Origin: Zygnema circumcarinatum SAG 698-1b
Lineage: Eukaryota > Plantae > Zygnematophyceae
Length of the DNA: 64,000 bases
Reading direction: 5' to 3'
Assembly: GCA_037447605.1 (NCBI GenBank)
Contig: CM074819.1
Location: 434,001 to 498,000 of the forward strand
Shown here one piece after another: positions 1-11,600 of this stretch. The notes below the pieces were generated by a model. That model did not search any database and was not told the origin of the DNA. It worked only from the letters and a program-made list of their open reading frames with translations. Each line of letters starts with the position of its first letter. The first letter of the stretch is position 1. The translations under genes were made by a program, and so were the position numbers.

Positions 1-74
1 CCTAAACCCTAACCCTAACCCTCACCCCCAGCCCTAACCCCTAGTACCAGCCTGGGCCTGGGCCTGGGCCTGAC

Positions 75-1892
75 CTGCGCCTCGTCGTAGGCGTCCCCGA
101 CGAGCACGACCTCGGCCCCGAGGCGCTCCACTTGGCGCCACTTTATGGCGGGCGTGGTCCGCGGCATCGCCACCGCCGCGCGGCAGCCGAGGCGCGCCGC
201 GGCGAGGGCCACGCCCTGCGCGTGGTTCCCCGCGGAGGAGCACACCACGCCGCGGGCCAACTGCGCGGGGGAGAGCCGGGCCATCATGTTGTACGCGCCG
301 CGCAGCTTGAAGGAGAACACCTGGGGGGAAGGGGGGGGGGAGGGNNNNNNNNNNGGGAGGGGATGGGGGAGGGGGGAAGGGAGGGCGGGGGGAAGGGAGG
401 TGAGGGAGGGAGGGAGGGGGTGGGGAAGGTGGGAAGGGAGGGGGGGGAGGGAGGTGAGGGAGGGAGGGAGGGGGCGGGGGAGCGGGGAAGGGAGGGGGGG
501 TAGGGTGAGGGTAGGGTAGGGAGGAGGGAGGGGGAGAGGGAGGGAGAGAAGGGGATGAGGATGCGAAAGGGATGAAAGTAAAGGGGGAGAGGAGGAAAGG
601 GGAGAATGAGAGAGAGAAAGAAAGAGCGGGACGGGAACGGAAGGATGAGGATAAGGGAAAGGAGGAAGGAGAAGGGGGAGAAGGAGAGAGAAATGGAGCG
701 ATGGGAGAGAAAGGGAGGGAGGGGCAGACGAGGAGGGGGAGGGTGGGGAGGAAGGGGTTTCGTGCACAGTAATTGACAGGGTACAAAAATTACCACGTGG
801 AGATTGTAAAACCATTCAAAAACTAAACTTTGAGTTGGAGTTTTTCGCTTTTGGGCTTTTGCGAGATTAGGGTTCAGGCCTTCTGGTTTCAAGTTAAAAC
901 CTTGCGGTCTTGAATTGTTGGCTTTCAATTGTTTAGTTTTTAAATTCAGAATAACTATTAAAACTGCGTTTTCTGAAGGATTAAGGTTTAAACATTCCAT
1001 TTCTTAAAACGCAAAAGCATTTCTCCAACCAAAACCCTAAACTTTAAGCCACTTGAATCCAAACACGGAAGCGTAATTCCTTGAACTTTAAACCTAAACC
1101 GTTCAACCGACACCTTCGGAATTCAGACTCGAGGACATTAACCCTAAACCCTAACCCCTGACCCCTAAGCCCTAAATCCTAAACCCCAAACCCCACCTGC
1201 TGCATGTCCTCCCTCTTCAAATAAATATTGTTCCCCATCCGCTCGCTCAGCTTCTCCGCCTTCTCCAGCGGCGACTCCACTGCCACATCATACACCTGCG
1301 AGGTCAAGATCCTCCGCAGGTACTCCACGCAGTCAGCTCCGTTCCCCTCAACGGAGTCCGGAACTGAAACTGCCCCGTTCTCACCCGTTCGATGTCCATA
1401 CCCGCTCCCGTTCGCAGGGTTTCGGTAGGGTTGAGGGACGGCTCCGAGCATGCCCGCCTCATATTGTAACGACTCGGGAGCCACGCGCAGAAGCTCCGGC
1501 GAGGGTTCAGAGTTTACAGTTTTAGGGTTTAGGGGGGGAGGAAGCGCGCATGGGGAGTCAAGGAGCACTGAACCCTGGCTGGAATGAAGGGCCCGCGGGG
1601 GCGGGGGCGAGGGTTTAGGGTTTAGGGTTCTAGGGGCCGGCGGGCGGGGGGGTCGGGGGATGGAAGAGAGAGCGGTGCCGTTGGAGGAGGAGTCGCAGGC
1701 GGTGACGGAGAGGGAGTGACGGGAGGGGCGGGGGAGGTGGGGAGAAAGAGGGAGAGGGAGAGGGAGAGGGAGGGGGCGGAGGAAGGAAGGAGAGAAGGAT
1801 TGAGGAGGGGGATGGAGAGAGTGAGAGACGGGAGGGAGGGCTTGGCGGAGAGGAGAAGGGCACGCCATCCTGCCGACGGTGGAGGCCGCCAT
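75..1892 (-). CDS. OMR1: Plastid threonine deaminase/dehydratase (Ile biosynthesis), 3'-partial; exons 1892-1197 and 320-75, continues beyond the window start
   Basis: Spliced peptide [43 protein letters not shown]|[13 protein letters not shown]...[15 protein letters not shown]...[18 protein letters not shown] contains the PLP-lysine and SAGNHAQG motifs. GT-AG sites are in phase. The N-terminus is S/P-rich and transit-peptide-like. Confidence 0.95.
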
Positions 1893-1969
1893 AGCTGCTG
1901 TGAGAGGGAGGTATTAAGGAGGCGGGGAACAAGGTAATAAATAATATTAAGCAGCTTATTGCAAAAGCA

Positions 1970-2052
1970 GCTCCCGTAGCTCAGTTGGTTAGAGCGTTGG
2001 TCTTATGGCTCGAGTAAGCCGAAGGTCGCGGGTTCGAGCCCCGCCGGGAGCA
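1970..2052 (+). tRNA. tRNA-Ile(UAU) with a 9-nt intron (2008-2016) at the canonical 37/38 position
   Basis: Full cloverleaf: acceptor GCTCCCG/CGGGAGC, D arm GCTC/GAGC, anticodon stem TTGGT/GCCGA with TAT at 2004-2006, T arm GCGGG-TTCGAGC-CCCGC. Removing GCTCGAGTA leaves a 74-nt plant-type tRNA-Ile. Confidence 0.95.
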
Positions 2053-2077
2053 TGTCTACCATTCCCGCTATGTGTAA

Positions 2078-2082
2078 TTTTT
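2078..2082 (+). terminator. Pol III terminator (T5) of the tRNA-Ile gene
   Basis: First run of 4 or more T, starting 26 nt after the tRNA 3' end. Confidence 0.6.
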
Positions 2083-2730
2083 AATGTAAATGGATCATGG
2101 CTGATCATCTGATTAAATTGTTTTTCAAAAGCCACCTTTCCAGGCCCTCTCAGGGCTCATTTCGCTATTTTTAGCTTCTAAGACCAAAAAACAATTGTCA
2201 CTTTAACACGAACAAGAAATCAATTGGAAAAGTTCGTTATTTGTGTGTAAATGAAGATTTTTCCTTCTTATGTTCTCAGAAGCTCGTCTGTGAGCAGTTG
2301 GTTCTTCGTGGTTCCTCTCCGTGTTGCGTTTGCGCATGTCCATGGAACGGGCAAGTGTGGATTGACATCATTGGTCTCACATTTCATGAAGGGCGCATGT
2401 TCAACAACTAGAACAGCAACAACAACATGGCCACGAACCACGAGGAACCAGCCGCTCACGGAGGACACAAGGACACAAAAACAAAGCCATGAGCGGAACT
2501 TTGCACTCAAAAGACTTGTTGGGCATGTTGGCCCATTCATGACCCCTACTGTTTTGTCGTTTGCAGCCTTCCCCCCCCAAATTAGAGCCTCTCTCCACTC
2601 TCCACGTGGCGGCATCACCGCGTGCCCTCCCTTATTTCTGCTCCTTCGTTTTTGCGTTGCCGTAGGCAAAAGCTTTGTCATCGTTTTGATCCGTACGACG
2701 GGTTCGATTATGTTGTGAAAGATTAATTTA

Positions 2731-3472
2731 ATGAAAATGGGGTATAGTTGCCGCGAGTCTGACGTTGCCACGTCGCGCGTCCTGATTGGTTGTGCGTTTC
2801 ATTGGATCGAATGCGCAGAAAATGGGGTATATTGCGTACTTATTCTGTCATTGCCACGTGTCGTTTTCTATGTACGACGGCGTTTGATTTTAATGTTTTA
2901 TGTGGTGTACGGATTCGGTTAGTTTGTGAATGATGAATTTAATGAAAATGGGGTATAGTTGCCGCGAATCTGACGTTGCCACGTCGCGCGTCCTGATTGG
3001 TTGTGCGTTTCGTCGGATCAAATGCTTATCCAGTCAGGTGTTGCCACGTAGCCCTAAAATGAGAAAAAAACCAAAAAAAAACCACACAAACTGCGAAGAC
3101 AGAATGAGGCCCGCGAGTCTGACGTTGCCACGTTGCGCGTCCTGATTGATTGTGCATTTCATTGGATCGAATGCGCAGAAAATGGGGTATATTGCGTACT
3201 TATTCTGTCATTGCCACGTGTCGTTTTCTATGTACGACGGCGTTTGATTTTGATGTTTTATGTGGTGTACGGATTCGGTTAGTTTGTGAATGATGAATTT
3301 AATGAAAATGGGGTATAGTTGCCGCGAATCTGACGTTGCCACGTCGCGCGTCCTGATTGGTTGTGCGTTTCGTCGGATCAAATGCTTATCCAGTCAGGTG
3401 TTGCCACGTAGCCCTAAAATGGGAAAAAAACCAAAAAAAAACCACACACAAACTGCGAAGACAGAATGAGGC
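2731..3472. repeat. Tandem duplication of a ~360-bp unit, itself built from a ~70-bp subrepeat with CACGT and ATTGG motifs
   Basis: 2751-3110 recurs at 3111-3472 (offset 360). The subrepeat atgaaaatggggtatagttgccgcg..gacgttgccacgtcgcgcgtcctgattggttgtgc occurs at 2731, 2942 and 3302, and partially at 3111. Confidence 0.9.
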
Positions 3473-4480
3473 CTCATTCTGTCGTCGCAGTTTGTGTGTG
3501 GTTTAAAAAAAAAAAACATAATCAATCTAAATATTACAACATGAGGCCTCATGTTGTATTAATTAGTTTGATTTTTTTTTTTTTTTTTTTTTTTTTTTGT
3601 AAAAGTCACACACGCAAAACACACACACACACAAACACAGTCACAGGGAAAAAAAAAAGAAAAAAACAATCTTAATATTACAACATTTGGCCTGATGTTG
3701 TAATATTGAGAGTGTTCTTTTTTTTTTTTTTTTGTTTGTAAAAGTCACACACGCAAATACACACACACACAAACACAGTCACAGGGAAAAAAAAAAGAAA
3801 AAAACAACCTTAATATTACAACATTTGGCCTGATGTTGTAATATTGAGAGTGTTCTTTTTTTTTTTTTTGTTTGTAAAAGTCACACACGCAAATACACAC
3901 ACACACAAACACAGTCACAGGGAAAAAAAAAAAAAAAAAACAATCTTAATATTATAACATTTGGCCTGATGTTGTAATATTGAGAGTGTTCTTTTTTTTT
4001 TTGTTTGTTTAAAAAAAATCAAAAAAAAAAACAAAAAAAACACAGACACACAAACGCACACTGTAGCGAAACGCTACAGCCACCGTGGCGCTCAGCGCAC
4101 CACGGAGATCTCCGTACAACGTACCGTACTGAAAAAAAAAAACTAAATATTACAACATTAGGCCTCATGTTGTATTAATTAGTGTGTTTTTTTTTCTTTT
4201 TTTTTGTGAAAGTCACACACGCAAATACACACACACACAAACACAATCACAGGAAAAAAAAAAAAAAAAAAAAACAAAAAAAAAAAACATAATCATTCTA
4301 AATATTACAACATGAGGCCCCATGTTGTATTAATTAGTTTGATTCATTTTTTTTTTTTTTGTTTGGAAAAATCACACACGCAAATATACACATTAACAAA
4401 CACAGTCACTGTGAAAAGAAAAAAAAGAAAAAAAAACCAGCTAAATATTACAACATTAGGCCTCATGTTGTATTAATTAG
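3439..4480. repeat. Array of 8 GGCC-centred palindromes/hairpins in ~135-200 bp units
   Basis: Near-perfect 66-bp palindrome at 3439-3504 and perfect 24-bp palindrome at 3535-3558. Stems (AA)TATTACAACAT...ATGTTGTA recur near 3675, 3811, 3947, 4146, 4302 and 4444. Confidence 0.9.
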
Positions 4481-4607
4481 TGTGTTTTTTTTCTTTTTTT
4501 TTTGTGAAAGTCACACACGCAAATACACACACACACAAACACAATCACAGGGAAAAAAAAAAAAAACAGGCTGCTGAATGAAGTGAAGAATGGGAATGTG
4601 AAGTACA

Positions 4608-5185
4608 AACCTTTTTTGATTAGGATCATATATTGTGACGTTTTTCGATCTTTCCGAACATCATTATCTCCAGGACCGGGTCCTTCTGAAATCAATCCAG
4701 GGTTATTCGATATAGAACACATGAGTGAGAGTGTAAGTACGAACCTTTTTTTGATTATAATCATATAATTCTGACTTTTTTTTATCTTTGCGAAAATCAT
4801 CATCTCCAGGACCGGGTCCTTCCGAAATCAATCCAGGGTTATTTGCTAAACAATACTTGAAAGTAAGCGTAAGAACGAACCTTATTCGATGATTTCCATA
4901 TTTTCCAGAATTTCCATAATTTTCATAATTTCCATTTGACAAGTCTTTAAAGTCCAGAGGACTGGCGGACTGGCCGACAATTTAAATAATTTCCATATGA
5001 CCAGTCTTTAAAGTCCAGAGGACTGGCGGACTGGCCGACAGACTGACAAAGTGACTGACAGACGGACTCACAGACTGACCGACAGACTGACAGACAGACT
5101 CACAGACTGGCCGACAGACTGACAGACTGACTGACAGACAGACTCACAGACTGGCCGACAGACTGACTGACTGACTGACTGACTT
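4608..5185. repeat. Two short tandem duplications followed by a (GACW)n microsatellite
   Basis: A ~100-bp unit at 4608 and 4742 shares ctccaggaccgggtcctt...aatcaatccagggttatt. A ~40-bp unit occurs at ~4942 and ~5003. GACT/GACA run at ~5030-5185. Confidence 0.85.
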
Positions 5186-5906
5186 GTTAGTTAGTAGCCT
5201 CCATCCTTCTTCAACACCCTCTTCAACTTCTTCCTTCGCCCTTCCACCATTCTCCCTCTCACCACTCTCCATGTTCCTTCCTCCGCCTTCCTCCTCAACA
5301 CCCTCCTTCCTCCTCCTCCTTCCTCAACACCCTCTCCTTTTTCTTCCTTCGCCCTTCCACCATTCTCCCTTTCACCACACTCCATGTTCCTTCCTCCTCC
5401 TTCCTCTTTCCTCCTCCTCCTCCACCAATCATTATTTGTCGGTCATTTCGGTTTCTCTGGTAGGAAGAAATGCAGCAGTAGCTGCAGCAGCAGAAGGCAG
5501 AGAAACCGCAGCGACATAAGTGTTGGTTACGGTAGATTTCGGAACAAAACGGCAGCAAGCACCACCAGCAACTCTTCAGCTAGACAGGCGAGTGTAAGAA
5601 ATGGAAGTCGGGAGGAGGTGAAGAACAGGGGAAGATGATATCGCGGTTGTTCCGTAACTGTTTCGTCATCGAAACGTCGTCGACGTCCCCGTACAGGCAC
5701 GAAACGGCTCTATTTGGCTCTATTGAGGCTCTCTTTTTTTTACGTTTTTAGTAATCGCGGGATTGTGACTGTCGGTTGACAATGCCCGAAGCGGCACGCG
5801 TGCCGCGCGGCTCCACGCGGCGTCACGACTACGCGGTGTCTCGCAGCGAGGGATGGCTGACGTCATCATTAATCAATAGTGGCTGATCTGACGGTGCAAA
5901 ATTCGC

Positions 5907-6560
5907 GACGCGCGCGTGCGACACCGGCGACGTCGTTCATGCGACACGCGCATACGACGCGCAGATGCGAGACGCGGCAGATTGGTTGGCCTGTTGACTT
6001 TCGTAACTTTCCTTTTCCGTCAATTTTTGTTCTGTTTGATACCACCCAAACCAAACGTAACAAACGTCAGTATGTTTGACACTAGAACGAGTACTCCGGT
6101 GACATCGCGACCCTGCTATAGAGGAGTACTTTCGTAACTTTCCTTTTCCGTCAATTTTTGTTCGCGCCCGCGCGACGCGCGCGTGCGACAGCGGCGACGT
6201 CGTTCATGCGACACGCGCATACGACGCGCAGATGCGACGCGCGGCCGACCCGCGCGCGCGGCGCCGCCAAAAGGCGGAACACTAACCGTGAAGAAGTGCT
6301 GGCCAGTGGCGAGACGCCGCGTGGCTCTTGCTAGCCCGTGGCGGTTCGCCACGTGGCCAGATCGCCGTCGTGTGTCAGCGCTAGAGGTATCTGAGGGTTC
6401 ACCGCGTTCGGCGGGTGGACTAGACGCGACGCGCGCGTGCGACACCGGCGACGTCGTTCATGCGACACGCGCATACGACGCGCAGATGCGACGCGCGGCC
6501 GACCGGTTGGCCTGTTGACTTTCGTAACTTTCCTTTTCCGTCAATTTTTGTTCGCGCCCG
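5907..6560. repeat. Three copies of a CpG-rich ~70-bp repeat
   Basis: cgacgcgcgcgtgcgaca(c)cggcgacgtcgttcatgcgacacgcgcatacgacgcgcagatgcga at ~5907, ~6174 and ~6426. Confidence 0.85.
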
Positions 6561-6794
6561 CGCGACGAACGAAGCGGCGGAAAGAAGCGTCAGTGGAGTC
6601 GCCTCCGAATGTCGGCTACGAATCAAGTGGTGCCATGTGGACCACTCATGCGTGGGTCCGCGAATCTGAACGAACGGCTGTACGGACGGCAGCCGGAAAA
6701 TGGCGAAAGAGACCTGACGGTCAAAGGATCTACAACGGGAGGGCAATCGGTAGGTCAATCGTCGCCGTCACCGTACTGGCACGAAACGGCTGTA

Positions 6795-7328
6795 CAGTAG
6801 GGGGTCCTCATATTTTCCACCCTGGTTCCGGGCAAAATGAGGCGAAAATATTAAATTTGCATATATAAGGTTCGTGTTACGAATAGACGGGCGGTATTAT
6901 GTTAGAGTTCATGTTGAGCCGTACGTATCGTACCGTACCATATCGTACCGTATCGTACTGTATCATCCAGTATCGTATCGTATCGTGACATATCGTGACG
7001 CATATACTGTCGTACATACTGTCGTCATCCAACCATCGGGGAGTTTCGTATCGTATTGACCGTATCGTATCGTATCGTATCGTATCGAAGTCAAGAAGAC
7101 GGGGAGAAGAGCGAGCGCCTCTTACGGCGGCACGAGCGGGGAGATTAGGTGCGTTTTGCGTAAGCCCGTAACGGCTAGTACAGATAGTGCGAACAGTACG
7201 AACAGTACGGGTTGTACGGACAGTACGGCTAACACAAGTTACCGTACAAAAAAGTGGTTTCGGCAGAATTGGGGCGAAAATATTGAGGACGCACTCCTTG
7301 GGGTGGTAAATACGAGGACCCCCCACTG
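6795..7328. mobile_element. Non-autonomous Tc1/mariner-type MITE (534 bp)
   Basis: 28-bp TIRs CAGTAGGGGGTCCTCATATTTTCCACCC (6795-6822) and the reverse complement of 7301-7328 match at 25/28. TA flanks both sides (6793-94, 7329-30). CAGT...ACTG ends; no transposase ORF. Confidence 0.85.
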
Positions 7329-8676
7329 TATTTGGACAATCGTTGTGGACGAGGATGTGGGTCCTTTTTTGTACGATTTTCGTAATCGCAGGATTGTGAT
7401 TGTCGGTTGACAATGCTTGAAACGGGATGTTTGTACCGGTATGTGTTGGTAAACCGTAACAGCTTGTGTTGTCAAACTATGGACACGCAAGACTTGGAAT
7501 GGTTCGGTTGACAACGCCCGAAACGGTCATCGTGTTGGTCAAATTAAAAACCGCTCTAACGTACCGTGTCGTGTTTGACAGATACGTAACAGCTCTATTT
7601 GTAGTTTGACAAACGGTAGCCGTTGCCGAATCTATTGTTACGACAGCCTTATTTGATGTGACTTAACAAATAGTTTTGTTCGTTGATCATTTGCGTTCAG
7701 TTCGGCTTGGACGTCGTTGGTTTCTGCTGTGCCAAGCTACGTGGAATATCTGTCACTTCATCACGGTACAAATCTAACCTCCCTCGGCCAGCGGAGCGCT
7801 GATTGGTCGCGGCGCGAGTGCGGAGCGTGGAGCGCGCGACATGTGGCGCGACGGATGGAGATCAACGGTGGTGCACGAAGCGGCGGAACGAAGCGTCAGA
7901 GTCGCTTCAGAATGTCGGCTACGAATCAAGTGGCGCCACGTGGACCACTCATGTACCAGCCGGAAAATGGCGAAGGGAACCTGACGGACAGAGAATCTGT
8001 ACGGCAGTCAATCTGTAGGTCGGTCGTCGAACGTCAACGTCGGAACCTGATCGTCGCGCGACCTGATTGGTTGTACGTTTCATTGAATTGAATGCGCAGA
8101 AAATGGGGTATATCGCGTACCCATTCAGCTTATGTGTTCGATCAGTTTCCGTTTCAGTTCACTTCACATAATTAAGGTTCGAAGACATTTCTATAAAAAG
8201 GCAACGCACGAGGATCTTGATCCGCAGCCTGTTATTTCAAGCCCCCTCCATTGTGTATGGCGCCACGTGGCGCGATGTGAAGGGACGACTGTAACAGCAA
8301 CAGCGCCTTGTGCCTTATTTTTTTTTCTCTTTTTGGTTTCGAGTTTAATGTTCTGCAAGTGTTTCAGTACATTCTCTCTCTCCCTCTCTCTCTCTCTTTC
8401 ACTCTCCCTCTCTCTCTATCTCTCTCTCCTCCCTCCCCCCCCCCTCCTCCCCGCCGTGGTGTGGACCCTTACATGGAATAAGCGGGCCTTTCTACAAATC
8501 AAAGCCCTAAAGCTCTTTCTTCCGACACTAAACCCTAAACCCTGACTATCTTTCTTTCTAATTGGAAAAATATTGCTTCATCTGCCTTGTCCTCACCCGA
8601 AGGAGAGAAATAAACCAAGCGAGGGGCGAGGGAGGGGGGAGAGAGAGAGAGGCGGAGGGGGTGCTCCCAATCCCCT

Positions 8677-11600
8677 TCACTTGCGCCTCTTGTACCTGCG
8701 CGCCATCACCACCTCAAATTGTAAAACCCTAAAAATCCTAGGAAACTCTAAACTCTAAACCCCTCAGTTTTAAAACCTAGACGCTAAACCCTTACCCTAA
8801 ACCCTAACCCCGAGACCCTAAACCCTAAGCCCTAAGCCCTAAACCCTAAACCCAAAGCCCTAAACCCTAAACCCTACCCTTAAACCCTAAGCCCTCATCC
8901 CTAAGCCCTCATCTCTAAACCCTAACCCCTAAACCCTAACCCCTAACCCTAAACCCTAAACCCAAAGCCCTAAACCCTACCCTTAAACCCTAAGCCCTCA
9001 TCCCTAAGCCCTCATCCCTAAACCCTAAGCCCTAAGCCCTAAACCCTACCCTTAAACCCTAAGCCCTCATCCCTAAGCCCTCATCCCTAAACCCTAAGCC
9101 CTAAGCCCTAAACCCTACCCTTAAACCCTAGGCCCTCATCCCTAAACCCTAACCCCTAAACCCTACATTGCAAAGGCTTAACCCTACACCCCGATATCAC
9201 ACGTCCCTTGTCAAACTTCCACAAACCGAAAATTCAAAGCTTATCCAAACCTCATCAAACTCAGCAAAAAAATACCCTCCCCCCTTCCCCCCTTCCCCCC
9301 CCCCCCCCCCCCCCCTCCCCCACCCCCCAACCCCCCACACCCCCAAAAAAAAAAAAAAAAAAATTTCAATTGCTTATTACCTCGCTTTGCTTTTAAATGC
9401 CTTTTTCGGAACCGTCGGTTTATTTCTCCTCCGCGGCCCCCCGGATAAACCTCCCCCGGCAGCGCCCTCCCCGGGTGGAGCCTCCCCCCCAGCCGGCTCC
9501 AAACTCTTTTTCCTCTTCTCCTTTTTTTTGTCCTTGCCCGGAGATTTGGGCACCTTAGAAATTTTCCCCGCTGCCCGGAGCCTATCAGCGGCTTTGACCG
9601 CCTTCGCTTTCCGATAGGCGACATCCATTAACGTCTTTTTTGGAGGCTCCAAATTTTTCGATTTTTCCGCCTTTCCTTTGGGTTTTTTGCCCTATACCCC
9701 ATTTAGAACCACGCGAATTCGGCCTTGTCAGCGTATCCTTCGAAAACCAAAATCTCGGAAACCACAAACTTGGTTTAGGAACAGAAACGTTAAGAGAAAT
9801 CACTGAATCGCAGCAGCGACTGCATTGCTTCAAAAAACAACTTCATATAAAATTGATTTATATATGGTTTTTCCTTTAAAGTTTTTAATTTTAGTTTTAA
9901 TAAGTTTAATATTCCGTACCCTCTCCCTCTCCTCCTCTCCTTCTCCTCCCTCCGCCTCCGCCTTCTCCTCCTCCGCAGCTTCCCGGGAAGCTTCCAACCT
10001 CCTCCGTTTCTTTCTCGGAAGGTTCTTCTGCACGGGTCAGAGCTTCAAATTTAGGGTTTGGGTTGAGGATGCAACGGCTTAGGGCATAAGAAAATTTAGG
10101 GTTTAAGATATTCCAGGGTTTAAGAATTTTTCAGGGTTTAAGAAATTCCAGGGTTTAAGATTTTTTTAGGGTTTAAGAAATTTTAGAGTTTGTGCCACGT
10201 GTCACGCTCTCCCGCACCTCCCTCTCCTTTTGAAGTTTTGCCTTCCTCTTCCTCTCCTCCGCGTCTTCCTGTCGAATCACTTTCGGTCCGTTCTCAGTTC
10301 CGTTTCCGTCCCTCAGCGACTGCAACAGCAGTCCAACATAGAACACTTCAGTAATAAAATTTAATATATGCACATCCCTCCCTCTCTCAATCCCCTTCTT
10401 TTCCTTGTGCAGTTATATGGTGAAGTTCTAGAATGTCTAATGTCAAAAAGAAACGCTGAGAGTTCCTACGAAAGAATGGGGAGACATACACAGAGGGAGA
10501 GAGAGAGAGAGTGAGAGGAGAGAGAGTGAGAGAGAGGGAGGGAGGGAGAGAGGGGGAGAGAGAGAGGGAAAGAGAGGGAAAGAGAGGGCGAGAGAGGGAG
10601 AGGGAGGGGGGGAGAGAGGGAGGGAGAGAGAGGGGGAGAGAGAGGGGGAGAGTTGGGGAGAGAGAGAGAGAGAGAGAGAAAGAGAAAATGTTCCCACTCA
10701 CCTTGGCTGCTTCAGCAATGGCCAGCCTTTCCTTTGGAGTCTGAAACCATGTCTTTTTTGGTTTGGCAAAAATTTCCGCCTCATGCACAACCAAATTTTC
10801 CGCCTGCAATTGTTTTCCGTAAAACGGGGCGCCGTTTCAGTTTTTCTTTTCTATGTTACGATCGATCCGATACGCGCACATCTGACAACACTTTAGGGTT
10901 TCTTGCGCACAAGCGGAGTTGAAGCCGAGACCGATACGGGCACATCACTTGTTTATGTTTTAGTGAGCTTTTAGGGTTTACAAGGGGTTTCGAATTTTGA
11001 GGATTTTTAGGGTTCAGGGTTTGCACCTTCTGAACCTCCATTTCCGCTTTCCGCATATTGCGCTCCTCCCTGACAAAAAGCCAAAAAGTAAAATAAAAAA
11101 AAGCGAAACTTCAGAAACCAGAAACTTCAAAAAGGAAACCAAAAACACCTAAATCCGAAAACCCTGAGCCTTTAAATCTACAACCCTGAAAACCTACCCT
11201 AAACCCTTAAACATAAAAGGCTAAAAACCAAAACCTAAACCCTAAAACCCCTAATCCTAAACCGTAAAACCTAAACCCTAAAACCTAAATCTTAAAACGC
11301 TAAAACTCTAAACGTTAAACATGAACACCATAAATCGCAAAGCCCTCAACCCTAACCCCTAAAAACCTTGAACCCTTAACCCTAAAACCCTAAACCCTAG
11401 ACCCTAGACCCTAGACCCTAGACCCTAGACCCTAGACCCGCCCCCCTTTCCACATACTTCTCCTCCATCAGGATGGCCATGATATCGCTCTCCATCTCCT
11501 CAATTCTGGCCCGCCACGTGGCGACTGCTGCTGCTGCCACCAGGCGCGACTGCAGACGTCGGCCCGCTCTCTTGGCCTATCCCGTTACGCCACGTGGCAG

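Noticed and set aside
1-45. CCCTAA repeats at the window start read as a chromosome end
   Set aside because: They lie inside a deaminase intron, directly after a GT donor, and are short and degenerate like the other intronic arrays.
2251-2771. Overlapping ORFs of 155 aa (+) and 167 aa (-) next to the tRNA
   Set aside because: No recognisable domain, no codon bias like the real exons, and they run into the repeat block.
3439-4480. CRISPR-like interpretation of the palindromic repeat array
   Set aside because: The intervening sequences are near-identical rather than unique spacers, units are 135-200 bp, there are no cas genes, and the context is eukaryotic.
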